A DNA stretch of 64,000 nt from Bryobacterales bacterium (GCA_965205595.1 CBDBHI010000056.1:16832-80831); one strand, 5' to 3'. Shown: positions 36,396 to 45,016, counted from the stretch's first letter. The notes: generated from the letters alone by a model not told the origin. Numbers and translations are program-made.

Positions 36396-37835
36396 TCAGG
36401 CGGCTTTGACGCGAGTTTCCCAGTAGTCGTCGAAGCGATTGCTGAGGCGGGCGCAGCGCAAGGCGGTGATCGCGTTGGCGCCGCGCACGCTCCAGAACAT
36501 GCCCGAACGCTTCAGGCGACTTGCGATGAGCGTGCGACAGCCCGCCTCGATCACTCCCGAGCCCACAAACAATCCCTGCCGCCGGAATTCCCGATAACGC
36601 ATTCGCTCGGCGTTGCGCTCGAAGTAGCCCGCCTCCAAAGCGAGTTGATGCTGCAACTCCAGATTGTCGCTTGCGGTCCCTCGCAGCGTCGCGACGAGTT
36701 GCTCGATGCGCCCCGCGTCGAGCTTTTTCTGCAGCCGCCTCTGCCAACCGCCGCGACGCTTCTGTTGTTGGGGAAACAGCTTCGACGCCAGATCCCACAG
36801 ATGTTCGCGAGCGTGATACAAGTCAACGATCTCGATGGCGCCTGGAAAGTACTGCTGCGCAAGATTCCAGATCCAGGCCGCGCCGTCGCCGAGGATGACT
36901 TTGCGGCGCGCCCGGCTCCAGCCCCGTCGCCAGGCTTCGTTGAACAGGCGCGGGCCGAAAGCGGCGGTGTCCTCAATCGCGCCGCTATACGTGGTCGAGT
37001 CCTCGTCTCGAACCGGGCGGCCTCGCGCGTCGCGGCTCGATTGCGTGAAAACGCAGCCCAGTTTGACCTCGCGTGTGCGGGCCGGGCTACCGTTCTTGCC
37101 TTTGCGTCCGGTCGTTTCAGCGGCCGCAACAGGCACGCCCGTGCCGTCCATCTCGATGTAGAGAATCGGAATTTCCGCTCCGCATATCTCAGGGAGTTCC
37201 AGCTGCACAGCGCGCTCGATCTCGGCCTGTTCGCGCGCCGCGACGTCAGCGCCGATCGCTTCGGCTTCGCGCTCGACCGCCTTTGCCGTCAGCTCAATCC
37301 CGGCCAATTCGTCGAGTAACGCGCGGCCGCGGCCGAACGAAGTTTCGCTGCCGACCAGCGCCATCATGCGGCGCACGCTTGGCGAGTACTGCGTCGCTAC
37401 GACATCGAGTTCCTGGTCGCGCGCCGCAAAGCCGCTGCCGCAGTGGCCACAGTGATCATACGGTCGTTCGACAACAATCGCGCCCAGCATGGTGACGAGC
37501 TTCTTCGCGCGCTTGGCGGCGTAGCGCGCTTGTCCGCCACAGGCGCAGTGTTGTTGCGGTCCGTACGCCGCGTCGTCGTTCAGTAGCATCTCGATCAAGC
37601 TTGCGCCGGCTTGATGCAGGGCGTCGCGCGTCGCTTGCTCGACAGCTTCGAAATCGAGCGCGCCGCTGTTGCGACCTGCGGCGAACACGACCCGCAGCAG
37701 CCGACCTACTTCTTGAGCGACTTCTTGTTGGATTGCTTCGGCCGTTTTTTTTCCTGCGAACTTAGCTCTGTGTCTTCTTCCACTGGGCGCAAACGGCAGA
37801 TCGCGATATTCACCTCGACCAAGCTGCTGGTCCAT
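36396..37835 (-). CDS. ISKra4-family transposase (orfB)
   Basis: LGDGAAWIWNLAQQYFPGAIEIVDLYHAREHL and LFVGSGVIEAGCRTLIASRLKRSGMFWSVRGANAITALRCARLSNRFDDYW match the ISKra4-type signature as I remember it. Confidence 0.85.
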   Translation of the reverse strand: MDQQLGRGEYRDLPFAPSGRRHRAKFAGKKTAEAIQQEVAQEVGRLLRVVFAAGRNSGALDFEAVEQATRDALHQAGASLIEMLLNDDAAYGPQQHCACGGQARYAAKRAKKLVTMLGAIVVERPYDHCGHCGSGFAARDQELDVVATQYSPSVRRMMALVGSETSFGRGRALLDELAGIELTAKAVEREAEAIGADVAAREQAEIERAVQLELPEICGAEIPILYIEMDGTGVPVAAAETTGRKGKNGSPARTREVKLGCVFTQSSRDARGRPVRDEDSTTYSGAIEDTAAFGPRLFNEAWRRGWSRARRKVILGDGAAWIWNLAQQYFPGAIEIVDLYHAREHLWDLASKLFPQQQKRRGGWQRRLQKKLDAGRIEQLVATLRGTASDNLELQHQLALEAGYFERNAERMRYREFRRQGLFVGSGVIEAGCRTLIASRLKRSGMFWSVRGANAITALRCARLSNRFDDYWETRVKAA

Positions 37836-38110
37836 TGCTGAAACCGCCGAAATTCACCGATTTCACGTTTCGCCTTGCTCTGAGCGACGCGGCTGGGCAA
37901 GGATTCAGTCACTGTTTTACCGGCGATCTTGGAGGTGAACTGGGCACGGCCGGGATGGCCGCTCTCGCCCTCCTTCGCGCAATGGCAGGACGGCTTACCG
38001 CAGCGCTTTGTGGGGCTGCTAATGGACCCCGGACGAAAATCTCCGAACTCAACAAGCTGCCGCAGTAACTGGGCACGCTGGCGCCGGCACCGATCGAGGG
38101 AAGTGGTCAT
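37706..38110 (-). CDS. IS-encoded orfA, DUF6788-like zinc-ribbon protein
   Basis: RCGKPSCHCAKEGESGHPG...KTVTESLP...EIGEFRRFQQWTSSLVEVN resembles DUF6788. It overlaps orfB by 130 nt, with orfB in the -1 frame. An A8 run (T8 at 37745-37752) lies in the overlap. Confidence 0.65.
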   Translation of the reverse strand: MTTSLDRCRRQRAQLLRQLVEFGDFRPGSISSPTKRCGKPSCHCAKEGESGHPGRAQFTSKIAGKTVTESLPSRVAQSKAKREIGEFRRFQQWTSSLVEVNIAICRLRPVEEDTELSSQEKKRPKQSNKKSLKK

Positions 38111-38286
38111 GGGAAATCTCCTGTCTGAAAGTCTCCCATACTTGCAGATTAAGTTCCCCTGCCTGCTCCTCTCTCAAAACCTCACTTTCTCGTCGCACAC
38201 CCAGTTCGAGCAACGCCTCTATCCGAATACGAAGATACGGAGATACGGAATCGCGGTTTTGCGAGCCCGGGACTTTCCGTTCGCGG

Positions 38287-39867
38287 CTAGTTTGAAGCGA
38301 CCAAGCTCTTGTCGTCTTTAAGAAGCTCCTTGGCCTTAGGCAGCAGCTTCACGGCCTCTTGCACGTCGGGGTCGAGTTCGTAATAAACTCGTTGGCCCTC
38401 TTCAATGTCATACGCCGAGTTGTAAACCTCGCGTTTGATGAATCGCTTCATGAACTCGACGTTCTCGATGAAGTCGGTCTGGTCGTACTCGACCTTTTCG
38501 TTGTTCAGAAATATCCGAAACTCTTCGATGACCGCGTCAGATACTTCCCAGCCGGTAGGCAGGTCGGGGTGTTCGCGGGTGTAGTCCTGTGCAAAAGTGC
38601 TAATTGTGAATTGCCTGATCAGCATCCACTGGAAATCGTTCGGGCGGCGCTCCTCGAGCGTGACATCAGGGGTGATGCCGCCGCCGGCAAACACTCGCCG
38701 GCCTTTGTCGGTAAGACGAACATCATCTTGATTGGGCTGAAATCCGTCGCTGCATGGATTGCTGTAGTAGTCAATCATCGAAACGCCGTCGTAGCGGCGC
38801 TGGATCAGCCGACCGCTAGGAGTGTAGTAGCGCGCCGTGGTTAAGGCCAATCCGGAGGTCTCTGAGAGCGGATAGACCGTTTGCACCAGTCCCTTGCCGA
38901 AGGTGTTGTGCCCCACGACTAGAGCCCGGTCGTGATCTTGCATCGCTCCGGCAACAATCTCCGACGCTGAAGCGGAGTTGCAGTTGACCAGCACTACCAT
39001 CGGAAATTTCTTGCCGTTGTTGCCCTGGCGCACGTTGTAGCTGCGCTCTTTGGACGAGCGGCCATGGTGGGAAACGATCGTCTGGCCCTTTTCGAGAAAG
39101 CGATCTGAAACTCGAACGCCCTCGCTAAGCAAGCCACCGCGGTTTTCTCTGAGGTCGAGAATGATGCCGTTTAGATTGGCCGTGTCGAGCTTGGCGAGAG
39201 CCGCATCCAGCTCGCGACCTGTGTTTTCGTTGAAGGTATCGATCTTGATAAAGCCGACGCCCGGCTCTATCTGAAACGAGGTCGGCACGCTTGGCCGCGG
39301 GATCTCCGCTCTTACGACGGCGAATTCCAATTTCTTGTCAAGCCCGCGACGCTCGATCCCGATCAGCACTTCCGTGTCGGCGGGGCCTCGTAAACGGTTC
39401 GCCACCTCGCCAACCGCCAACCCTTCGACGTCGAATTTGTCGACTTCAACAATCACGTCGCCCGGGCGCAGACCTGCCTTGTAAGCAGGCGTGCGTGGAA
39501 ATGGAGCGATAACGATAGTTCCGCCATCGCGGTTGCCAATCTGCATGCCGACGCCGGCGTAACGACCCTTTTGGTCATCCCTTAGTTGCTTGAACGCATC
39601 GGGATCGAAAAACGACGAATGAGGATCGAGCGCTCGCAGCATCTGGGGGATAGCGCCCTGATAAATCGCTTTGCTGGTATCGACTTCGTCCGCATAGTTG
39701 TCCTCGACAGCGGCCAACACTTTGGCGAATTGGCGCAGGCTGGCGTCGATCTGGTCGTTGCCTGGCTCGGAGGCGGCCATGGCTCCAGAGCTGCCGAGCG
39801 CCAGAACGAGAGCGAATGTCCCGGCTACGAGGCATGCTGCGTAGAGCCAACGTCTGTTTGTTTTCAT
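38287..39867 (-). CDS. S41-family C-terminal processing (tail-specific) peptidase
   Basis: Signal/TM MKTNRRWLYAACLVAGTFALVLALG. PDZ GLRPGDVIVEVD. Catalytic region LVNCNSASASEIVAGAMQDH.RALVVG..TFGKGLVQ. I prefer the start at ATG 39865-39867. Confidence 0.88.
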   Translation of the reverse strand: MKTNRRWLYAACLVAGTFALVLALGSSGAMAASEPGNDQIDASLRQFAKVLAAVEDNYADEVDTSKAIYQGAIPQMLRALDPHSSFFDPDAFKQLRDDQKGRYAGVGMQIGNRDGGTIVIAPFPRTPAYKAGLRPGDVIVEVDKFDVEGLAVGEVANRLRGPADTEVLIGIERRGLDKKLEFAVVRAEIPRPSVPTSFQIEPGVGFIKIDTFNENTGRELDAALAKLDTANLNGIILDLRENRGGLLSEGVRVSDRFLEKGQTIVSHHGRSSKERSYNVRQGNNGKKFPMVVLVNCNSASASEIVAGAMQDHDRALVVGHNTFGKGLVQTVYPLSETSGLALTTARYYTPSGRLIQRRYDGVSMIDYYSNPCSDGFQPNQDDVRLTDKGRRVFAGGGITPDVTLEERRPNDFQWMLIRQFTISTFAQDYTREHPDLPTGWEVSDAVIEEFRIFLNNEKVEYDQTDFIENVEFMKRFIKREVYNSAYDIEEGQRVYYELDPDVQEAVKLLPKAKELLKDDKSLVASN

Positions 39868-40019
39868 TGATTTAGGTCCCGCTGTTCGAGCGCCATCAGT
39901 ATAGCAATAGGACATGGTCGTCCCCCGTGCTCCGTAGGACGCACGAAATTGTCCTATGGTTTGCATTTTTTGGACGAAATCACCGCCGCGGGACTATACT
40001 GAGGCGTAAGAGACACGCT

Positions 40020-40475
40020 ATGAACAAGCAAGTGAAATTTGTCGCGATTATTGCCGTGATCATCGTCACGCTGGCCTGGATGGGGGTCAGTGGCGTTCAG
40101 CAAAGTGCGACTTACTACGTGACAATCGATGAACTCTTCGCGATGGACGATTCCGAAACCAAGCGAATTCGCGTAGGCGGCGATGTCGAGGTTGGTTCGA
40201 TTGTACGGAGCTCGAGTGAGGTGGCATTCACGATTAGTCAGAAGGACGAAACGATGTCGGAGCCCAAGCTTCTCGATGTCGTCTACACCGGCGACGACCC
40301 GCTGCCCGACACGTTTCGTGACCGTGCCCAAGCGCTTTGTGATGGACGACTAAGGGCCGATGGCAAGTTCGAGGCGAAGAAGATTCAGGCGAAGTGTGCC
40401 TCGAAGTACGAGGCCAAACCCGGCGAAGGCTCTGCCCCGGTCTACGAATCGGAGCCCACAACGGCGTCGGACTGA
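40020..40475 (+). CDS. ccmE: cytochrome c maturation heme chaperone CcmE, CxxxY variant
   Basis: N-terminal TM anchor, OB-fold pattern RIRVGGDVEVGSIV...LPDTFRDRAQALCDGRL..DGKFEAKKIQAKCASKY. Cys126 (TGT 40395-40397) occupies the position of the usual heme-binding His of HxxxY. Confidence 0.85.
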   Translation: MNKQVKFVAIIAVIIVTLAWMGVSGVQQSATYYVTIDELFAMDDSETKRIRVGGDVEVGSIVRSSSEVAFTISQKDETMSEPKLLDVVYTGDDPLPDTFRDRAQALCDGRLRADGKFEAKKIQAKCASKYEAKPGEGSAPVYESEPTTASD

Positions 40476-41060
40476 ACCGGATGTTGAGTTTTTGAGCTGC
40501 GGGCCAAGCTACTTGTTGGCGTGGCCACCGCCGTGGGCCGGATCGTTCGTGGGAGAAACTCGCTGTGGCATCAGCTTGGTAGGAACATCTATGATAGGTA
40601 TTTGTCAAGGAAAAAATGGCGGCAGGCATTTTCGGGTGACCACAAGCTGGGTTCGCCCGCTTATTAGGTAGGTTTTTCGCGGCGGGGCGGGTTCTGTCCA
40701 CTGCGCGTCCGTAGGACGCGGCGCAGCGAACGGTTGACAGGTTCCGCGGCGGCGCGTACGTCGACTGTACGCGGGCGAACACGGCGCTCTCCCGCGGGGG
40801 AGTTTCTGCTTGTCAGTCCACGACGACTACCTTGCCGAATCGCGTCATTTGGCGCCGTTCGAAAAACGCGGCCAGACATCCATTTGCCACCTCGGGCGCC
40901 CGCAAGTGTGATCGCGGGCGCCGTCGCGGAAGATTCAGTTGAGGCCCAAAAACTAGATCCCGCCAGCCCCGAAACAGGCAGCATGGCGTCTACTCACCCG
41001 TGGGCTTTCACGCAGTCCCCTTCGTGCGGGGCCCGGCGGGAAATCGTCGTTTCCAACTCG

Positions 41061-42065
41061 TTACTCGCGCTTCTCGTAGCCCGTGCCACGGCGTTCGACC
41101 GCCAACAACAGCGCTACCAGCTTGCGCGCTAGCGCCACCGTCGCCTGGTTGCGGTGGCCGCGCGCGACTTCGTCCGCGTGCAGCCGCGCCAGTTGGTCGT
41201 TCCAGCGCGGCGCCAACTTCGCCGCCTCGATCAGCACGTGTTGCAAGTGTCCGTTGCGTTGTTTCGACAGCGGTCCGCGGCGCGACTTGCCGGCCGACTC
41301 GTTCAGGCGCGAGCACAGTCCGCAGTAACTCACCGCCTCGTCGATCTTGCCGAAGCGCTTGACGTCGCCTATTTCGAGTGCCCAGGTCAGCGCGGTAATC
41401 GCGCCGACTCCGGGGATCGTGCGCAGCAACTCCACGCGCTTGGCGAGCGACGGGTGGGTGAGCAGCTTGTTCTCGATCTTGCGCACGATTGCGAGTGTTG
41501 CTTCGACGCGATCACGGCTGACGCCGAGCAGCAGCAGGTCGGTTTCGCAGGCTTCGAGTCGATCGACGAAGGGCTCGAAATATCTCTTGGTGTGCAGTTT
41601 CGATTTGGTGTAGGGTTCGCCGAGTTCCATCAACAGCGTGGCGATGCGGTTCTTGTTCCAGACCGCTTGTTGGACGAGGCGGTTGCGAAAGCGCAGCAGG
41701 CGGCGCAGCTCGCGTTGTTGGCGCGGCGGCATCCAGACACGCGGCACCAGGTTGGCGCGGGTGAGGTCGGAAAGTTTGCGGCCGTCGAGCTTGTCGCTCT
41801 TCTTCTTGGCGCGCGTGATGGCCTCGAGCGACGCCGGATGAGCGACGGCCAGATCCACGGCGTGGGGCTTGAGAGTGTCGTAGATCCAGCCGCTGAACAT
41901 GGTGGCTTCGAGCGTGCCCTTCCAAGGCGCGGGCCGCGCGGCGGCCCACGCCTCAAGCTCGGGGCGCAGCGCCTGGATCGTGCCTTCGTCAACGATTGTG
42001 CCGGCGGCGGTCTTGGCGCAATAGGCAATGGTTTTTTTGTGAACGTCGAGTCCGATAAAGTGCAT
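41061..42065 (-). CDS. IS110-family DEDD transposase/recombinase (intact)
   Basis: MHFIGLDVHKKTIAYC... (DEDD N-domain) and LRTIPGVGAITALTWALEIGDVKRF...GLCSRLNESAGKSRRGPLSKQRNGHLQHVLIEAA (Transposase_20-like). I prefer the start at MHFIG (42065) over the ORF-track 42158. Confidence 0.85.
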   Translation of the reverse strand: MHFIGLDVHKKTIAYCAKTAAGTIVDEGTIQALRPELEAWAAARPAPWKGTLEATMFSGWIYDTLKPHAVDLAVAHPASLEAITRAKKKSDKLDGRKLSDLTRANLVPRVWMPPRQQRELRRLLRFRNRLVQQAVWNKNRIATLLMELGEPYTKSKLHTKRYFEPFVDRLEACETDLLLLGVSRDRVEATLAIVRKIENKLLTHPSLAKRVELLRTIPGVGAITALTWALEIGDVKRFGKIDEAVSYCGLCSRLNESAGKSRRGPLSKQRNGHLQHVLIEAAKLAPRWNDQLARLHADEVARGHRNQATVALARKLVALLLAVERRGTGYEKRE

Positions 42066-42300
42066 TTTGTCCTCCTGGGTCTGGGTTTCGGTTCGCCTGC
42101 TTGCCGCAGCCGAGCCCGACTTATTATTCCCGCCAGGAGGACGCTTTTTCTTAATCACCTATGCATTGAAACAGGCAACACGAGGGTTCGTCAGGCTGGA
42201 GAGATTACGATATCGCATGTGCCAGTCCCGGCCCGAAAGTCCGTCTTCTTCCGTTCGGGTCGCCACAGCGAAGCGCAACGCCGCTACTGTGGTCTCTCAA
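42066..42300 (-). ncRNA. candidate IS110 bridge (guide) RNA region in the non-coding left end
   Basis: About 235 nt lie between the recombinase ATG and the point where an unrelated disrupted ORF loses protein-like sequence. Visible stems: CCACAG/CTGTGG (42263-42268 / 42287-42292) and CCCGAA/TTCGGG (42232-42237 / 42254-42259). The assignment is by analogy only. Confidence 0.25.
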
Positions 42301-42677
42301 GTTTCTACCTTGAATGATCCGCAACCAAGGCGAGCAGATATAGGGCTCAGTCGGCTTCCAGTGGTGCTTGATGATGTTGCTATCAGCATGGCGACGCTCA
42401 GCCCAATCAACACGTTTCTGACGCGAAACACAAAAGTCATCGGGATGAGTAGTGCCCGCGTAGAACGATAGTTGGATCGATTTAGGTAGCGAAAATTCCT
42501 TCGTCCGAACAGCCGTCGTCGATCTCAAAGCCAGCGAGTCGATTCAGCTGCTTCTCGCCAATAACAATATTGCACCTCGCCCCGATGGCTTTGTTATTGA
42601 AGAGACACACGCTTATATTTCGGCCCTCGGGGACGAAACGGCTTTGTTGGAGCCAGCGACGGTCTCAGTCTGAAGGG

Positions 42678-42926
42678 CTAGACGGTTTGAGCGAAATCAT
42701 ACACCGGCGTCAGCACCTCGCGAGTTGGCTTTCCGGCTTCGATGAGGCGGTCGATCTGCTGTGAAACTTCAGCGGTGAGCCAGACATGACCGCATTGCTC
42801 GCATGTCTGGACCGGAACATGCTCGAATCGATGAACCTGCTCGCCCCAGGGCACGGTGTGAGTAATCGTTTTTGCGCGCAATGTGCCGCCACACTCGGCG
42901 CAGATATTGGTGTTCGTACGGGGCAT
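42678..42926 (-). CDS. YgiT/MqsA-type zinc-finger antitoxin-like protein
   Basis: MPRTNTNICAECGGTL...VPVQTCEQCGHVWL carries two CxxC pairs. Its start lies 5 nt after the stop of the upstream DUF4258 gene. Confidence 0.7.
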   Translation of the reverse strand: MPRTNTNICAECGGTLRAKTITHTVPWGEQVHRFEHVPVQTCEQCGHVWLTAEVSQQIDRLIEAGKPTREVLTPVYDFAQTV

Positions 42927-42930
42927 GGAT

Positions 42931-43164
42931 CTAGTGAGTTCTCCGTGTCCACGGATCGACCCAGACATTTGAATCATACCAGTGAACAGTGACAATATAC
43001 GCTTTGCCGCCATCAAACGCGCAGGAAACGTAGAGCGGATCGCCATTGACATAAGCCATGAAGAGCGCCTTCGGAAAGGGCCGGTCGTCGGGATACCGCT
43101 CGATCACATCGCCAGTTGTGACGACTTGTTTTATGTCCGCGTCGTGGATACGTCGCTCTCCCAT
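42931..43164 (-). CDS. DUF4258-domain toxin-like protein
   Basis: DIKQVVTTGDVIERYPDDRPFPKALFMAYVNGDPLYVSCAFD...IVTVHWYDSNVW fits the DUF4258 pattern. Confidence 0.75.
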   Translation of the reverse strand: MGERRIHDADIKQVVTTGDVIERYPDDRPFPKALFMAYVNGDPLYVSCAFDGGKAYIVTVHWYDSNVWVDPWTRRTH

Positions 43165-43272
43165 CCGCTCCTTAGCGTGGAGGGTTATGAGGTATCGATC
43201 CTCGCCAACCGCATTGCGGAGGGCTTCAATATCTAGATGTGACCTAGCGGGTGAGCCGAGCGAATAGTTGAA

Positions 43273-44835
43273 TCAGGTCACCGGGGTGCTGCGGCCGTTT
43301 TGTTTGTAGCCCTCCAGCAGCGCGTTCAAGTGCTCGACTACCCGCGGGTTCTGCTTGTACACATTGTTCGTTTCAGCGATGTCGGCTTGCAGGTCGTATA
43401 GCTGTATTGGTGGCAGGTTTTGCTCTTGCGCCTGCTCCGGCGTCAGTTTGTAGTAGCCGCCTGTACTGGGGGTGTTTTCCAGCTTCCAGCGGCCTTGGCG
43501 GATAGTGAATGAACCGTCGCCCGCTTGTGACACTGTCGCCTCGCGGATGGGCTCGGTGAGCGTTTGTCCCAAGAGCGCGGGCAGGATATTGTAGCTGTCT
43601 TCTCCGGCATCGTTGGGCAGCTTGGCGCCGACGATCCCGGCGCAGGTCGCCAGTAGGTCCGTAAGACAAACTGTCTCGTCAGAACTCGAACCGGTCTCGA
43701 TCTTGCCGGGCCAGCGAGCGAGAAACGGGACCCTGTGGCCGCCCTCATAAATGTCGGACTTGTAACCCCGGAAAATGTAGCTCGGGTAGTGCCCTTTGTC
43801 GTTCAACTCGGTGATGCCGATGTAGGGCGCGCAGCCGTTGTCGGAGGTGAAGATGACGAGCGTATTTTCGGTGAAACCTTTGCGGTCGAGGGTGTCGAGG
43901 ACTTTCCCGACTGTGTCGTCGACCTCGATGCAAAAATCGCCGTATGGACCGAGCTTGCTCCTGCCGCGATACTGCTCGCTCGGCACGATTGGGATGTGCG
44001 GCGCCGTTAGCGGCATGTAGACAAAAAATGGCGTGGTCGACGACTGCCCTTCGATGTACTCGAGGGTCTTCGTCGTGATGGTCCGCAAGACGTCTTCAGC
44101 TACGAAATCTTTGTGGGCGGGGCCGCTATTGTCGGCATAGCGCGCGGGGCGGTAGTCCCTGGTGACAAATAAGAGATCTTGCTTGGTTGTGCATTCGCCA
44201 ACGAAATGATCGTCTTCGATGTAAATATACGGGTGCATATCGAGGGACGCGGAAATTCCGTAGTAGTGGTCGAAACCGACCGACAACGGGCCGTTCTCGA
44301 TGGTCCCTTTCCAGTCGACGTCGCCGTAGTAGGCTCGCCTGTCGACTTCGGCATCGGATTCGCTCCAGGCCTTGCCATCTGTCGCCGGCATGTCCATGCC
44401 AAGGTGCCATTTGCCGATCGCGGCCGTGTTGTAACCATGGTCTTTGAGCAGGGACGCGACGGTTGTCCGTTCGGAATCGATTAGGTGTCTGCTGTATCCC
44501 CAGGCGACGCCCGACTTGATGCGCGTGCGCCAACAGTAGCGGCCGGTCAGTAGGCCATAGCGGGTGGGGGTACAGATTGCGGATGGTGAGTGGGCATCGG
44601 TGAAGTGCATGCCGCCCCGCGCGATACGGTCGATGTTGGGGGTGGGGATTTGAGAATTTTCGTTCAGGCAGGTGAGGTCGCCGTAGCCCATGTCGTCGGC
44701 TAGGATGACGACGATGTTCGGGGTTTCGACCGAAGAGTGGGGGGCTTCCGATTGATTGAAACAGCCTGGAGTAGCGGCAGTCGCTGTTGCTGCTCCGACT
44801 GCTTTTAAGAATTCGCGTCTACGAATATTTGGCAT
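43273..44835 (-). CDS. TAT-signal sulfatase (arylsulfatase family) lipoprotein
   Basis: RRREFLKAVGAATATAATPGC (twin-arginine plus lipobox-like), PNIVVILADDMGYGDL, and SAICTPTRYGLLTGR (C-T-P-T-R). Confidence 0.88.
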   Translation of the reverse strand: MPNIRRREFLKAVGAATATAATPGCFNQSEAPHSSVETPNIVVILADDMGYGDLTCLNENSQIPTPNIDRIARGGMHFTDAHSPSAICTPTRYGLLTGRYCWRTRIKSGVAWGYSRHLIDSERTTVASLLKDHGYNTAAIGKWHLGMDMPATDGKAWSESDAEVDRRAYYGDVDWKGTIENGPLSVGFDHYYGISASLDMHPYIYIEDDHFVGECTTKQDLLFVTRDYRPARYADNSGPAHKDFVAEDVLRTITTKTLEYIEGQSSTTPFFVYMPLTAPHIPIVPSEQYRGRSKLGPYGDFCIEVDDTVGKVLDTLDRKGFTENTLVIFTSDNGCAPYIGITELNDKGHYPSYIFRGYKSDIYEGGHRVPFLARWPGKIETGSSSDETVCLTDLLATCAGIVGAKLPNDAGEDSYNILPALLGQTLTEPIREATVSQAGDGSFTIRQGRWKLENTPSTGGYYKLTPEQAQEQNLPPIQLYDLQADIAETNNVYKQNPRVVEHLNALLEGYKQNGRSTPVT

Positions 44836-45016
44836 TGGCGTTCCTTCCGAACTTCGCCGGGTTAACCTTGTGGTCCGCTTGGCACGAACAGCATAGCCGA
44901 CGTATGGATTTGGTTTAGGAATGCCAGGTGAATCGGGGCACCTGTGTTCGTACGCGGCCGCATTTGAATAGGTGAATTCCGCGAACTATGCTACGGTCTC
45001 GTTGGGAGATTTCACC

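Larger units (their letters stand above)
36372..38202 (-). mobile_element. ISKra4-family insertion sequence with 9-bp target-site duplication
   Basis: Terminal repeats are GGGTGTGCGAC at 36372-36382 and its reverse complement at 38192-38202 (11/11, with weaker similarity beyond). The identical direct repeat AGTTCGAGC flanks the element at 36363-36371 and 38203-38211. Confidence 0.9.

Noticed and set aside
41154-42317. 387-aa ORF on the plus strand
   Set aside because: It is antisense to the IS110-family recombinase gene, with low-complexity R/A/L-rich sequence. The recombinase frame has clear family motifs.
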